In this document: positions 45,860 through 60,690 of the stretch, piece by piece
Position numbering within the stretch: the first letter of the stretch is position 1
Layout of the letters: every line of letters begins with the position of its first letter
Source: Selaginella moellendorffii
Taxonomy: Eukaryota; Plantae; Lycopodiophyta
Reading direction: 5' to 3'
DNA: 64,000 nt
Assembly: GCF_000143415.4 (NCBI RefSeq)
Contig: NW_003314296.1
Location: 1,024,930-1,088,929 of the forward strand
Notes under the pieces: generated by a model
The model's database searches: none
What the model was told of the DNA's origin: nothing
Seen by the model: only the letters and a program-made list of their open reading frames with translations
Program-made: the position numbers and the translations under genes

Positions 45860-48460
45860 GAGCTATGGCACAGCCACCTTTAGCTCAACCTCAGCTCCAT
45901 AGGGGAGTGATTTTCTGACCTTCTCAAGTGTTGGAACAGTCTCTCCAACATTGCATATCAGTCGCTTTGATTACTATTGCATGATCGTCGACGATGATCG
46001 TATGTGCCGTGACTTCTTGTAGTCTCTCGAAGGCAAAGCAACAACTTGGGCAGATTCTCTCCTCCCAGAGGACTGGACAGACTTCTAGACACTACTTGGT
46101 TTTTTCAGAGAACGTTTCATTGAAGAAAAACCCACAAATCGGTTACTCGTTGACCTCCTTTCGTTCCGGCAAGGTGCTCATGAGTCTGTTCCTGACTATG
46201 TCACCCGATTTTGAACATACTGGAAGTAGTGTTGGGATCGTAGAGTGGTCCAAGATGAGCAATAGGGGATCACAGCATTCATAGCGGGTCTGCATGGGAA
46301 CTTGCAATGGAAACTTCTTAAGAAGACATTCAGGTCTTGTCACAAGGCCTTTTCATTTGCCACAAAGTTGGAAAGAGAGCTTCTTGTCAACAAGGGGGTT
46401 GCTAGAGTTGATTTCAACCAAGCCATCACCCGGTTAGAGTCACCTTGTGAAGCTGTTCGCCCGTCCACACCAAAGCCCGTCACTATTGAGTATACACCTC
46501 CGGCTATTAAGAACTTTACCAACGAGATGCAGCAGCTGAAGGAGAACATTCTTCAGCAACAATCACACCATAACAAACTACTCCAAGAGCTGGTGGAGTC
46601 CAGGAAAGAGGCTGCTACAGCTCGAGAACGCAAATTTAAGTTTTGTTGGTGCACTCACTACGAGATGAACACACACAATACACAGCACTGCTTCAAGCTT
46701 CACCCAGAGCTTTGGCCTCCACCTTCTCAACATGTCCAACAATGTCCCTTTACTGACAATCCCACATCGTCTTAGAGTCCAAAGACATATCAGGAGCAGT
46801 TGGAGCAACAAGCAATTGAGGCAACCCCTTTGTCAAACAAAGGCAAGGCACCAGCCTCATCGGTCAACATGATTTTGGTAGCTGAGGAACTCTATAGACA
46901 ACAATAGCAAACAGCAGCCACTCGAGCCCAAGCAAAGAAGAAGGCAGCCGCTCAGCCTAGCATAGATTCCTCGGTGTCGGTTGAGAGTGAATCTTTGTCA
47001 GCACTAAATCCAATGACACAAAGGGTGGCTTGTAAGCTCTCCTTCAAGTCACTACTCTCTTCTCCTCCTAAGATCTTACCAACAGGTATTCTTGTTCTGG
47101 AGCTGATTCTTCAATAGCTGGTTGACACTCCCGTCAGCTTTTCGCTCCGAGACATGTTGTGTCTTGTCTTGGGATTCAGCCAGCGTTTAGAGGAGTTTGC
47201 ACGGTCAGGAACACCAAAGAGCACTCTCAAGAGGACTCCTCAAAAGGTGCAAATTGTCGACATGACAAGATATGGTGGAGATCTTGGTCCATTCTTTGTC
47301 CCAGTTCAGATTGGTACTTCCTCTTATAGGGTGGATGCTTTGGTCAACTCTAGTTCTGGAAGTAACATTATCTCTCTCGAAGCTGCCCTTTCAGCACAGT
47401 TACAAATCACTGAGAGCTCCTCCATCGTGCTCAAGACCTTTGCAAACCACACCATTCCTCCAGCGGGCATTTGCTGTGGTGTCAAGGTCTCAATGTAGGG
47501 TGTTATTTCTGAGGTATATTTCTTCGTGGTTGACTACCAATGTCTTGGAACATCCTCGTTGAAAGACTCTATCATCCTTGGCCACTCATGGCAAGTCACA
47601 GCCCATTGCACCATTGACAGCGCACAAGGCAAGATGGAAATTAGTGATGGAACCCATAATGCCACCTTTCAATAACCACGGCAGAGCTCTTTCTCAGCAA
47701 GCCCAACAAGCTCAGACTAAAATGGCCTCCACACCACACTTTCCTCTTGAGCTCACAGAGGTTTTTCCTGAGTTGGCGGTGGAGTCGACCATCTGTATGA
47801 CGGATGCTTTCTCATGCAATGCGATTAACATTGTTGGAGGTGAGTCAAATAGCTCGAGACATCTCTCAACTCCACTCTCTTTATTTGAGAGTAAGGCCGA
47901 GCCTCTAGCCACGCCCTTTTTATTTGATGGCAAGGCTTATAGGGTATGGGCTCCCATATCTAAATTTTTGGAGTGTTTCTTGATAGAGCTTTGAAGGGCT
48001 TCTCGATTCGTTCCTTGCATGGGAACAACTCTTTCTTATGGAGCTTGATGACACAATCACTCTAGACCAGGTCCATCTTTCACAAGACACAGCCGAACTC
48101 AATCCTCCTCAACAACTATTTGAAGTGTCATACAGCCTGCATCTTCCTACTAAAATCATGGTAGCTGACAACTCTGAGTGTATTTTGTCATGTCTTTTTT
48201 TAGAGACGGAGGATGACATCCAGCCACACAACTGGTAAAAAGAATCAAGCCAATTGAACATGCTGTATGTGAGTTATAGCTTTTTGAGTTCAGAATTTCC
48301 TACCGTGGAGCCCCCGGTACTCCAACCACTAGAACGACAACTTCCTTTCAAAATTTACATCACAATGGGTATAGAGGCCTTTGGAGTATACCTTTGCCAA
48401 TATTCACAGCCTAGCAAGCCACCACATGTAGAGAGGTACATGCATTTTGCATCGTGATTT
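45860..48460 (+). mobile_element. Decayed gypsy-type gag-protease region
   Basis: Knuckle-like WCTHYEMNTHNTQHCFKLHP; protease-like RVDALVNSSSGSNII; many stops and frameshifts. Confidence 0.6.
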
Positions 48461-49084
48461 TCACACAAAGGTATTTCCTAAGTCAGGAATTGAGATCAGG
48501 ATTTCTCCCAGTCTAAATTCCTGACTTGGATGACTGGGCATGTAGTGGTTATATAGGCTGGTGATAGCACGCTAGACCTATCCCTTTTCTGTCTTTTATA
48601 TCCTTGGCCATAATAACATACACTCCACTTGCTCAACATCTACTCTTCTCTTTCATGCCTATCTTACTCACTGCTTTTTGGGGATCAAGGCTATGAGATG
48701 TGCATCAATCTCAGCATCAACATCTTTGCAATAGCACATGGCTAAGTATTTCTTTCCTTTTTATGTTTGGATCTAGTTTAGATTAGAGAGGATTATCAAG
48801 ATCATTGTAAAGGTGATTTTGTAGTTCTCCACTTTGGCGACCATGGTGGGATAGGCAAAGTGAAGAGCACCCAAAGAACAAATACTGGAAGCCTTAGCCA
48901 CAACTAAAAGAAGAAGCCGAAGTCAAGAATCAAGGGAAAAGTCAAAAAGAAACAAAAAGAAGAAAACTGACAAAAATCTACAGCAAGAAGCATGGCAATC
49001 ATGCTAGAGACCAAGTGCTTGAAGACTACAATCATTTAGTGATTGCCCACTTCTTAGAAAGTCCAAGCTTCTTCCATAACCGCC

Positions 49085-49438
49085 TTTTAGCAAGAGGTTG
49101 AAGACAAAGAATATTCTACACATCAAAATATTTGAAGAATCTCCAACAAGAAATCAAAGCAAGCAAGTGTTAACGAGCATGAAAACATGAAGAACACTTG
49201 AAGATTGAAGCCACCCAAGTTGTGGAAAACTTGGAGTGTGAGCGTAATCATTTTTAGCGAGAGGTTAAAGATGAAGAATATTTTGCACATCAGAATATTT
49301 GAAGAATCTCTGACAAGAAATCAAAGCAAGCAAGTGTTAACGAGCATGAAAACATGAAGAACACTTGAAGATTGAAGCCACCCAAGCCATGGAAAACTTG
49401 GAGTGTGAGTGTAATCATTTTTAGCGAGAGGTTGAAGA
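49085..49438 (+). repeat. 167-bp tandem repeat (2 copies plus the start of a third) in the retroelement 5' region
   Basis: Units start at 49085, 49252 and 49419 (TTTTAGC(A/G)AGAGGTT). Confidence 0.85.
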
Positions 49439-50699
49439 AAATGAATATTTCAAGAATTTACGACAAGGAAACGACCAAAGAAAATTTTTAGCAGCTGGCG
49501 ATGGAGGAAGAATGAAAAAGCACAACTGCCTATTTGGAGATACAAACTGTACAAGATACAAGGATTGCCTTTTGTGTGGTTTCAGAAATTGTGCAAAACA
49601 ATACAAGCAATGCTATCCAAAATGGCGATGCAACACTTGCAAGCAAGCGAAAGCAAGACTCAGCATCAGGGAAATGCACCATCATGAAATTAACCATAGG
49701 GAAAAGCGCACTGGATAGATTTGTGCACACATAGCTTAAAGCAACAAGAATCTGTTAGAATCCATACTTTGACGTGTGGATGTCACTTGAGACAAGAAAC
49801 ATACAAGAATTAGGACATTAAAAATACAATCATTGCTGTATTCAGCATTTTCAAATCTTACCAATGATTGGGAAACACAAAAGCTCATAGTGAGAGCTCG
49901 CATTCCAAAACAACCAACACATTGTAAGAGATTAAAACAATTGTTCAAGATTGGACTACTAAAGAGAATTGCAATCGTTTGCATACCTGCTCGATCCCAA
50001 AGTTGGCAAGCAATATCCAAATTTACTAGCTAATAGCTAAATCGATCAATTTATGATAATACAGACCTCCTTTCAACAAACAAAATCATGTTTACTTACA
50101 CCATCAGATTTTTCAAATACAAGACCTTACCTAAGCTAGACTCAGGAAAGCGACCTCGAGACAAAACTCGGGAAGAATCGAGTAAGAAAAAAAACTCGAT
50201 TGAAGACTCAAGACACAAGAACTTGACTTCGCATTTATATTACAAAACCAAACTTGCAAAAGACTCAAGACACAAGAGCTTGACTTTGCAATTTATGGAG
50301 AACAACAATTGACTCAAAATAACGTAGGCAAAACACAAATTCAGGAAACTTACCTTAACACTCAAGTTGAGAAGACTTAGCAAATTGAATGTACAAACAG
50401 AAACCAGACTCAATCAAGATTCGGGAAAGAGATCTTTGACAAAAGAATCAAGTAGTGAAAAAGGAAGAAATAGTAAAAGAGAAATTAGAACAACAATAGC
50501 AACAAATTTTCAAGCACGACAAAGAGGATAAACAAATTCAAGTTGCCAAGCCGAGCAACCTAGTCAAAGATAACAAAGAATTGAATATTAAAGATGCCCT
50601 AGAGTTTAAGGCATTTGAAGAAGTAGAATACACAGCACCAGAGTTTTACTCAAATCCGGATTCACCAGAACAACTCAACCAACAAAGTTTATAACCACC

Positions 50700-53600
50700 T
50701 ATGGCAATCATCAACCCAATAAGTACAATCGAAAGCATGATTACATATCCAATTTTCATAGGCAGTAAGACAGAAGATTCAAAATTACATGTAAAACAAT
50801 TCAACTAGATTGTCAAGATGAACAATCAAGAACAGCATCAAGCCATACTTTTCCCATACACACTTAAAAGAAAAGCTCTTGAGTGGTATAATACTCTAGA
50901 GGATTCTATACCACATGATGAGAAATTTGAACAATTCAAGGAACAGTTCCTAGCCGGAGGAACACTAGAGGAGCATTATGAGCAAATTAAGAATATAAAA
51001 CAGCGACCAAAGGAAGGAATTCAAGACTATCCTAGACAATTCAAATTACATGCAAAGAAATGTAAGGATCTCATCACTGACAAATGCAAGAGTTTGTCTT
51101 ATATACAAGGATTACGAGAAGCCTATTGCAGCATGATAGCCTTGGCTGATACACCTGATGAAGAAAGTGTTGATTCATTATCTTAAGGAATCTTAAAACT
51201 TGAGAAACAGTTTAAGCAATTCACTAAAGGTGAATCTTCTCATGTTAATGATGACTCAGATGATGAAGAGGAAGAAATACTAATCAAAACCAAAAAGAAG
51301 GGAAAAGACATTAGACATGTATTGAAGAAGTTAGCTTCAACTGAATTTAAACAAAGGAGTCTTTTGTACAAAATGTAAAAATGAAGGACATTCTGTTTCA
51401 AACTGTAAACTTCATTTACCCAAATGTCAGATTTGTGATAGAGAAGGACATTTAGCCAAGAATTGTCGATATAAAAACACCACCGAAGTTTCAAGAGTGG
51501 AAAATGTTCAACAAGGATCACCACGACAAAATTATCAAGGAAACAATAACCAAGAACAAAAACCACCAAGAAACTATTATTACCAAGATAATCAACAATA
51601 TAATCAAGGATATAATCGTGGATATAATCCCCCACAAAATCAAAACTATAGTCAAGGACAATAGAGGCAATTACAACTAACAACAATACAATGGACAACT
51701 AAACAATTATCAACGTCCACAAGGGAACAACTACAACCAAAACCAACAAAGGCAATATAACAATTACAACAATCAAGCATCGCAACAGAATTATCAACCA
51801 AGACAAAATCAACCACAAGAAAATCAAATTAGACCACAATACAATCCATAAAACCAAAGAGTCAATCAAGCTCCTGCTAGAAGACCACCAGCAGCACAAG
51901 TAGTTCAAGCAGAAGTTGATGTAAAAGATGAAGAACAATTAATAGTTGAAGAACCAGAAGTTTTGGCAATCACAAGGACACAATATGAATGTCAACAACC
52001 TGATAATTATGAAGAACAAGATAAAAGTGATCAAGCATTAGAAATCAAGAATACCGAGTGGAAAAAGAGTAAGAAAATACTTAACACCATTCAACAAGAG
52101 CTTCAAAACAAAGATTCTGAAATTATTAATGATCAAATATACCATCAAAATGACCAAACTCAAATATTAAGCTTTACTCAAGATGAGCATACAACCATTG
52201 CCGAGCACATACTACAGCAGAGAATTACTTTACCCCTACAACAAATACTGCAAATAGCACCATATATGAAAGACCAAATCTTAAAGATATGTAATCGAAG
52301 GATCCCTGAAGCTCACACACAAGAAAAACACCAATCTCAACCAACACAACAAGAACAAGTTGAAAGAATCCAATCTGGTGATTATGATGATAATGTACCA
52401 TGTATCAATGTACATATTGGCAAAAATCATATTAAAAGAGCTATCCTTGATGGAGGTTCTGGGGTTAATATCATCAAATATGCACTATGCAAAGCATTAG
52501 GATTGGGCAATATACAAATTACACCATTCAATGTACGTATGGCTGATCAAAGAGTTGTCAAACCAGCAGGCATCATCCATGATGTCTCTATGACAGTCAA
52601 AGGACATAAATTTAAAGTTAACTTTGTTGTGTTAAAAATGCTAATTGAAGAATCTTCTTACGAAATCTTGTTAGGTATAACAAAGCTGTTTCTGCACAGT
52701 ATTGGATGGAACATGAGATATGTATCCAATCCCAATAAGGACAAACTAAAATATCAATATTGACAAGTAAAAAAATCTCAAAAAGTTTCCGACCAACACA
52801 AGTTCAAGAATACAATTGGCAAGAAGGCTTAGACAATCTTGAAGAAGCTAAATTATTTGAAGTATATTTTGAACTTAAGGCAATTCAAGAAATTGACCTC
52901 AATAGGATACTTTCTATAACCAAGTGTCAAGACTATGAAGATTCAAAACAACCCAATTTAAAGAAGACACATACAACAAAAACCACCATACAAAAAGCAA
53001 GACTAGCGATACAACCAGAATAACTACAAACTACAGAATATCACCTAGATATACAAGACGAACCAACACTCACCACTGAAAATTAAGAATTCAAACTTCG
53101 CATAAATATCAATGAAGATATTGAAGAATTAAATTTAGGGGTTCCCTCAAACCCACAAAACATCTTAATAGCTATACAACTCGACAAACCTTTTAAACTT
53201 GATGCTACTGCGCTCTTTATTAAGTATAAAGATGTCTTTGCTTGGTCATATAAAGACCTCAAAGGTATACCACCTGATTTATGTACACATCAAATCAAAT
53301 TACTTCCAGAAATTCGACCCATTAAACAAACTGCTTACCGGATGAATCCAACATTCATTGAGAAAGTAAAAGCTGAAATCAACAAGCTCCTTGAAGCAGA
53401 ATTCATATATCCAATACAAAATGCCCAATGGCTATCACCTTTACTCATTGTACCCAAAAAATGGGAAATTATGCATTTGTGTGAACTACAAGAAGTTAAA
53501 TGATGCCACTACGAAGGATGCCTTTCCCATCCCATTTTCAGATCAAATACTTGATGCCATTGCCGGTTATGAGATGTACTCATTTCTTGATGGTTCTTTA

Positions 53601-56067
53601 GGCTACAATCAAGTACATATAGCTGTCGAGGATCAACATAAAACAGCTTTTATAAGTCCATGGGGAGCATACGCATACATGCGAATGCCATTTGGATTAA
53701 CTAATGCCCCATTTACATTTCAACGGATCATTACCAATACTTTTCAAGATTATCTCATAGATTTCATGTGAGTTTTTATAGATGACTTTAATGTCTTTGG
53801 ACCTAAAGACAAAAACCTTGAATACCTCGAGAAATGCTTTATCAAATGCAGACAAAACTAAGTTGCTCTGAATTCTGAAAAATGTACTTTTTTTGTTAAA
53901 TCAGGCATACTATTTGGCCACATTGTTTCCACTCAAGGCATTTAAATTGATAAAGCTAAAACCGATGTCATTATGAAAATGCAACCACCTCATGATCTCA
54001 AAAGCTTGCGTAGTTTTCTGGGCAAGATGGGTTACCATAGAAGATTTATCAAGGACTATGCCAAAGTCGCTACACCATTAACTGAATTACTTAAGAAAGA
54101 CAAATTTTATCATTGGACTCAAGACTGTCAGCAAGCATTCTTGGTACTCAAAGAAAAAACTTACACAGGCACCAATTCTGGTCCAACCAAATTGGATGTA
54201 AGCAACCAAAGAGAACGACTCGAGAAACGATTTATGGGGTTAAGGGTCTTGGGATATTTGGGGTTAAGTATCCTTGGGTTTGAATAGTACTGGGCTGGGT
54301 GACCTCCCGATAAGTCCAAACTCAGGATCTTACACTGGACTCAAGAATTTCTTGTACAAGTTGATGCCTCTAACTATGTGTTAGGAGCAATTCTTTACCA
54401 AAGAAAAGATGATCATCATGATCACCCCATCTATTATACAAGTCAACAACTTTCTCCACCTGAAATGAATTATACAACTGCAGAAAAAGAAGCCTTAGGC
54501 ATGATATATGCCTTGACCAAATTCCGACATTATTTACTTTCCAACAAAGTCAAAATATTCGTTGATCATCAAGCATTGATTCATCTACTCAACAAACCCA
54601 TTATAAGTGGCTGAATAGCAAAATGGTTCTTGTTATTACAAGAATTCAATTTTGAAATAGTTCACAAACTTGGCAAATACCACGAACAAGCTGATCATCT
54701 CAGCAAAATTACAACTGGAGAAAATATACAAAACCCCAACGATGTCTTACTTGATTCACATCTTTTTAAGATTACCACCCACGATATATTACAAGAAATC
54801 TTTCATTATTTAACTACTACAAAAGTTTCGACATCATATACCACGCAAGATCAAAGGAAAAAAATTCGTCTTGAGGACATGACGATACTTAATCGTCGGA
54901 GGAAGACTCTATAGAATTGGACATGATAATATATTAAGAAGATGTGTACGTTCACAAGAAGAAATACACGAGTTACTAGAAGAGGCCCATACTAATTGCT
55001 CTGAAGAGCATTTTGCAGAAGAAATTACAGCAAGGAAAATATTGCAAGTAGGCCTATGGTGGCCTACATTATGGAAAGACACTTCACAGTTTTGTCAAAC
55101 TTGTGATATTTGTCAACGTACACAATTTCCACCCAAGAAACAAACACAAGAACTGAATCCGACTATGGCAATGGAACCTTTCCAAAGATGGGGCCTAGAT
55201 TTTGTAGGACCCATACAAAAGAGCAGAAATGGAAATCAATATATTTTGGTGGCAACAGATGATATGACAAAATGGGCAGAAGCCCAACCACTCAAGAAAG
55301 TGACAGTAAAGAATACAGCAAAGTTTCTTTATAAAATGATTATCACAAGATATGGATTACCTCAAGAAATAGTAACGGATAGAGGAACACATTTCCTCAA
55401 TGAAACAATCCAGATTTTACTAGACGAATTCTTCATCAAACATAAGAAATCTACACCATATTATCCACAAGGCAATGGCCAAGCTGAATCCACAAACAAA
55501 ACACTCAAGAATATATTGAAGAAAATAGTGCAAACCAATCTTAAAGATTGGGATAATAGAGTTTATGATGCTCTTTGGGCTTATAGAACAGCATATAAAG
55601 TTTCAACAAATTCAACTCCATTCAAATTAGCTTATGGACTTGAAGCTTTGACACCATTAGAATATACTATACCATCCTTGAGAATGGCAATTCAGTTGCG
55701 AATTAATCAAGAAGAATCAATCAAGAAAAGATTGACTATGCTAGAAAAGTTAGATGAAGAAAGATTATATGCTTTATGGACAATTGAAGCCATACAAGCA
55801 AAGAGAAAAGCTTATCACGATAGAAAACAGACTAAAAAGAAAACTGATAGATTTGAAGTTGGAAATTTTGTTCCATGGTATAGAGGAAATGTTGATAAAA
55901 TCGGAGGCAAATTGGTACATCAATGGGAAGGACCATTCAAGATCACAAGTATGCAAACACCCGGCACAGCTCACTTAGCGACACTTGATGATGAAGAAAT
56001 TCAAATAGTCAATCTCAACAAATTGAGAAAATATCAAGAACCAAGTATAGCATATATACAAGCCTAA
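50700..56067 (+). mobile_element. Decayed Ty3/gypsy gag-pol (no chromodomain seen)
   Basis: Two zinc knuckles CTKCKNEGHSVSNC and CQICDREGHLAKNC; protease ILDGGSGVNII; RT (RMPFGLTNAP, FIDDF); RNase H (VDAS, EKEALG, FVDHQAL); integrase (WGLDFVGP, TDRGTHF, GNGQAES, GPF); in-frame stops. Confidence 0.93.
54197..54334. mobile_element. 138-bp mini solo LTR inserted in pol
   Basis: TGTAAG...CTTACA termini, TSD TTGGA/CTGGA; removal restores ILVQPNWTQEFLVQVDAS. Confidence 0.88.
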
Positions 56068-57310
56068 TGCACCATGCTGGAATTGACTACCAATGAAACC
56101 AATACAACTCATGTTGACCACAAAACAGGTCCACAACAATTACAAACAACTCTACTCAAGCAAAGAGTTAGTGAAAATGCAAGAACACCATATGACCGAA
56201 ACAATAAAACAGAGTTAGCCCTAACCCTGACGGTGAGGAAGCACACGCTGGAACATCACAAGGGTAAGCTTGAGTGGCAAGCAAATCTTGAGATCGCAAG
56301 TGCACTAGAGAGTGATCATCAGCTAGACGCTCTCACCCATCTCAAACGAGTGCATCAAATTCTGAGAAACATACCAATTGAGAGAAACAAGAAGAAAGCA
56401 AGTAGAAAAGAGAGTGCCCACAAAAGAAGCAAGAAGAGTGTGTTCATGAGTATAGAAAGAGTGCTCATATCTTTTCCTCTATTTGCATCATAGGTACAAG
56501 AGCATTCTCAACAGCGCCGAAGAGTCTACACAATGCGAACCAAGCAAACACCCAAGATAGATACCATCATCCTTTCTCAAAATCTCGAGTGGCAATTCAA
56601 TGCCAATGTTAAGCATTGGACTTGCACTCATGGCCTCTTCAACTTTGTAGAACGAATGGCGGGATATCTCATGAACCAAGTGAGCAACAAGAAGGCTCAC
56701 TTGATGGATCTCGCCACCGGCCAGGTTGAACTTGAAGATTCGGAGGTGGCAGCAGCTCTATGTCTCCCAGCCAAAGGCGAGCCAGTCTCTGCTCCATGCA
56801 CATAGGCTTTAAGTCACGACATCATGAAAGATCCCGAGAGTTACAACTCGGCACTTAATTTGCAATTCTCCAACGTCAAGGACGAGCTCTACAAAAATCC
56901 AGAGCAACAAGAGCATCATCATCAGAAGCAGCAGCAACTGAAAGTGATCCGTCCCATGCCTACAAACTTCTTGGAGCAATACCATAACTCCAACACGGCG
57001 GTGTACACACGGGGTGCTTCTTTCGCAACATTTTTGCACGTCCACACGAGGAGAAGATGGCAAACATGGTTCTTTTGTAAACTGGGTGACACCCAGAGCA
57101 ACAAGGGTGGCTAACTTTGTTGGTCATTTCCTTGTCAGCAATGGCCGGAAGGTGTCTGAGTTGGTAGCACATCTGCGTTAGATAAAGAGGTGAGTGCATT
57201 TCTCACATAGTGTGATCACTGTGAACTTTTTCTAAAGTTGTTTCCTTGGTGGTGGTCTAGATTCGAGTATACATCGACGAGGACGTAAATCTTTCCTAAA
57301 GGGGGGAGAA

Positions 57311-58401
57311 TGTTGTGAATGTGACTATGGGTATCAAAAGTTACTTGTTGGCTAGTTCTTACAAACACTCTTTCCTTACTGCTATAACGGTAAGAGGTTG
57401 GTACTGCTAGTTCCCTTCAGTAGCCCCTCTTGTCCAAGTGTTAATTTACTGGGCTTAGCATTTGTACTTAGCCAAATGAACATAAAGTTGGAACTTCTAT
57501 GTGTTTCTAGCTGAACATTCTCAGCTTGGCTCTTAATTCTCTTTTGCTCTATCTTAGACTAGCTTGACAAGATTGCTTATTGAGACTAACACCTTCGCTA
57601 TCATGCCCTTTGTGTTAATCTCATTCTAGTCCTAAATGCTAATTATGGAAAGTGTCTAGATTTATTCATTTGGCATATCTATGGAATGTAGAGATTGTCT
57701 TGAACACAATGGTGTTTGTCCCGTATCCAAACTTGCAATCTAGAGACATTCTATATTTAGTAAGTTTCAAGCTTGTCCCAAAGACTAACTCCTGATACTA
57801 AAGGAGGTTTAGGGTGAAAGCCCAAAGCATGTGTTCCTCATAGAGGGATATAGGGGGTTCCAAATGTATAATAGGGATAGTGGGTAAGTCAGGCATGGTT
57901 AGCCAACCTGAGGCATAGTTTAGCTCTTGCTTGCATACCTGCCCTTGTTCTATGTCCGGCTTGGGTATAAGCCTAAGCTCCACACCATGCTAGCTGGTGG
58001 AGTACCCATGTCCTTGTGTTAAGCTATCAGTATACTGAAATAGTGCCAGACTCTGTTTGGCTCCATTTTGCATGTTAGTCCTAGCATTGGGATGCTAAAT
58101 GCTCTAAGATTGTTTCAAGTCACTCCATGCTCCTATCCCTTTGTTCCTTGGGCTATACGCTCAGGAGTTGCTCCGTGCTCTTGTCCCTTCACTCCTTGGC
58201 TCCATGTTTGGGAGTTTGGTTCCGTTCTTTTGTTTAGTGGCTTAAGGTTTTGAAACTTGGGTTCCGCACCACTATCCTTTGAACACGTGGCATATGGCAT
58301 GTGGTATATGACATATGTTATATGGAGGGTTTAGGTTCCGCTTCATGGTTATCCTATAGTAATTCACCATAGGATAAAAGGTAAAAACCACATATGCTAT
58401 A
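57311..58401 (+). mobile_element. Family-B 3' LTR of the gypsy element, preceded by a PPT
   Basis: AAAGGGGGGAGAA then TGTTGTG...GCTATA; colinear with 42223-43366. Confidence 0.8.
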
Positions 58402-60156
58402 TCTAGGTTGACACTTAGAAAGATGAATGTAAATGGTTTATAGGATTGCACAAATCAGAATGGCATAGCAAAAGTATGGTCTTGAAGCTTGCCATGAAGT
58501 GAGGCTATCAAGGTTAGGGAACAAATTCCCGAATGTTCAAAGGGATGGCTTTGAATGAAAGTCAATAGTTAAGGACTTTCATGCTTATGCATGAAATCAT
58601 ATTACGTTGGTCGAGTGACTTGCTAAGTGAGATTGGCAAGTCGGGGGAACAAAGACCCTAGGTGAAGGTGTTAAATTCAAAAGGTGTGGCATATGGGGCT
58701 AAGTATGGAGGAGTTTATGCATGATCATAAACTTGTTAAGTGAGAGGACTTGGCAATTTGAAAGAATTAAGTTCTTAAGCTGTGATTAATAGCGCACTTT
58801 GGGTATAAGTCGGTGCACCGACATAAGGAGTCACAACAGGCATCTTGAGTGATGCCGCCTATAGATGCATATACGGAGGTTGAGTTTGAGTCCCAACCCT
58901 TTAGTGTTTAGGTTTGAGTCCCAACTCACTAGGGCATGGTGATGGTTTAGAATATAAGGTCACACTCATTTTTCAGTGATCATGGACTCTTAATAAGGAG
59001 ACTGATTTGGGCACACCACCAAGTGGGGGATGCCCCAGAGTTGTGATGTTTTCCCATAATCTATTAGCATATAATATATAAGTGTTCCTTACTTAATTTT
59101 GCTATTTGGATTCCTTTCAATGATTTCCATGACCCAATCTTGGCCACTAGTCTTTCGATCCTATTCTTTAATTGTTGCACCAAGTAATATATAATCACTA
59201 TTTCCATCCTCAAGGTATCGTTTTAGTTCCATAGCAAAGGCTTTGCTTTGCCAAGTTTAGAGGGTGTTCATCCTTAGTAGGTCTCTTTAGCATTTTTTGT
59301 TGTGGGCTCTATCTATGGCCCAACTTCGCAACCCTCCTATGGGTGTTTCCTAGAAACTACCTTTTTGGATTCGCTATGCCATCACATTGACACAGTTCAT
59401 TTCCCTTAAATGTCTTTTGTGGCTTGGTCATTTTGACCAAGCCACACTATTACCAATAGTTAAAATCAACACTTTAAACTAAGAATCTTATTCTTTAACC
59501 TCACAAGGTCCTTATCCTTGTTTAATCATAAGATCATTTAGTGATTTAACCTTAACACTTTAACAAGTTTGCTAATAAATACTAAGTTTTCCAAACTTTT
59601 AAGTTGTTAACCATGACCCCAAGGGCATCCCCCACATTTTGCGGTACGCCCAAGTCAACCCTTCTAGCCAAGGGTCTATAACAATTAAGACTGGGTGTCC
59701 CCATCTTATTTACCACGTCCTTGGAGCTACTTGTACCGAAGTGTTTAAATTAGATATGCCGAGCTTTCACACTAAGCAATCTAAAGGTGTTAGGTCTCTG
59801 GACACCCTAAAGATACTAAGGTGTGGTCAAGGGATGACCACTCATTGATGGATGGCCAGTCTTTGAGAGACAGGACTGTGATGTGACAAAGGTGAATGGA
59901 CATAGCCTTAGTGTAATAAATTAATATATCGATAGTACCTTTGGAGTGTCAATCATGGGATTAGACACTTTGAGCACTTTGACCAAATGCAAAGGCTAAG
60001 TGGTATGGATGCCTTTCACGGGGCTAGCAAGTCCCTAAATTAGGAATAGGAATTATGAAAGTTATGAAAGAGACTCCTCCAAGTGGTTGGAGGTCTAGTT
60101 AAGATTAAAGTAGCATGGAAAATTTAGTCGCTTACACTATATATTTAAGAGTTTAT

Positions 60157-60690
60157 GTACTGCACATGATGTTCACCCTTTATCCTATGGTGACATAATC
60201 ATGAAATAAAACTTAAACCCTCCATATGCCATATGTCACATGCCATATGCCATATGCCACATGTCCAAGGACAGTGGAGCGAAACCCAAATTTTAAAGCC
60301 TTAGGCCACTGAATGAAGGAATGGAGCCAAACTCCCAAGCTTGCAGCCAGGGAGTAAAGGGACTGGAGCACAGAGAAACTCTTGAGCGTTCAGCCCAATG
60401 AACAAAAGGATAGGAGCATAGAGTGACGTTAGAATAATTCTAGAGCTTCTAGCATCCCAATGCTAAGACTAGTATGCAAAATGAAGTCAAATAGAGTTTA
60501 GCATTATTTCAACATACTAATGGCCTAACACAAGGATATGGGGACTCCATTAATTAATATGGTGTAGAACTTAGGTTTACACCCAAGCCAGACGCAAAAT
60601 AAGGACAAGCACTCAAAACTATGCCTCAAATTAGTCAACAATGCCTAATCTACCCATTATCTCTATTATACATTTAAAGCCCCCAAAGCT
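60157..60690 (-). mobile_element. Inverted partial family-B LTR
   Basis: Reverse complement of about 57860-58400. Confidence 0.75.

Noticed and set aside
48835-48850. TGGCGACC as the PBS of the 50-58 kb gypsy element
   Set aside because: The upstream sequence does not match the element's 3' LTR, so it cannot be confirmed
49421-50312. Cys-rich short ORFs
   Set aside because: Located in the retroelement 5' non-coding region with no consistent motif
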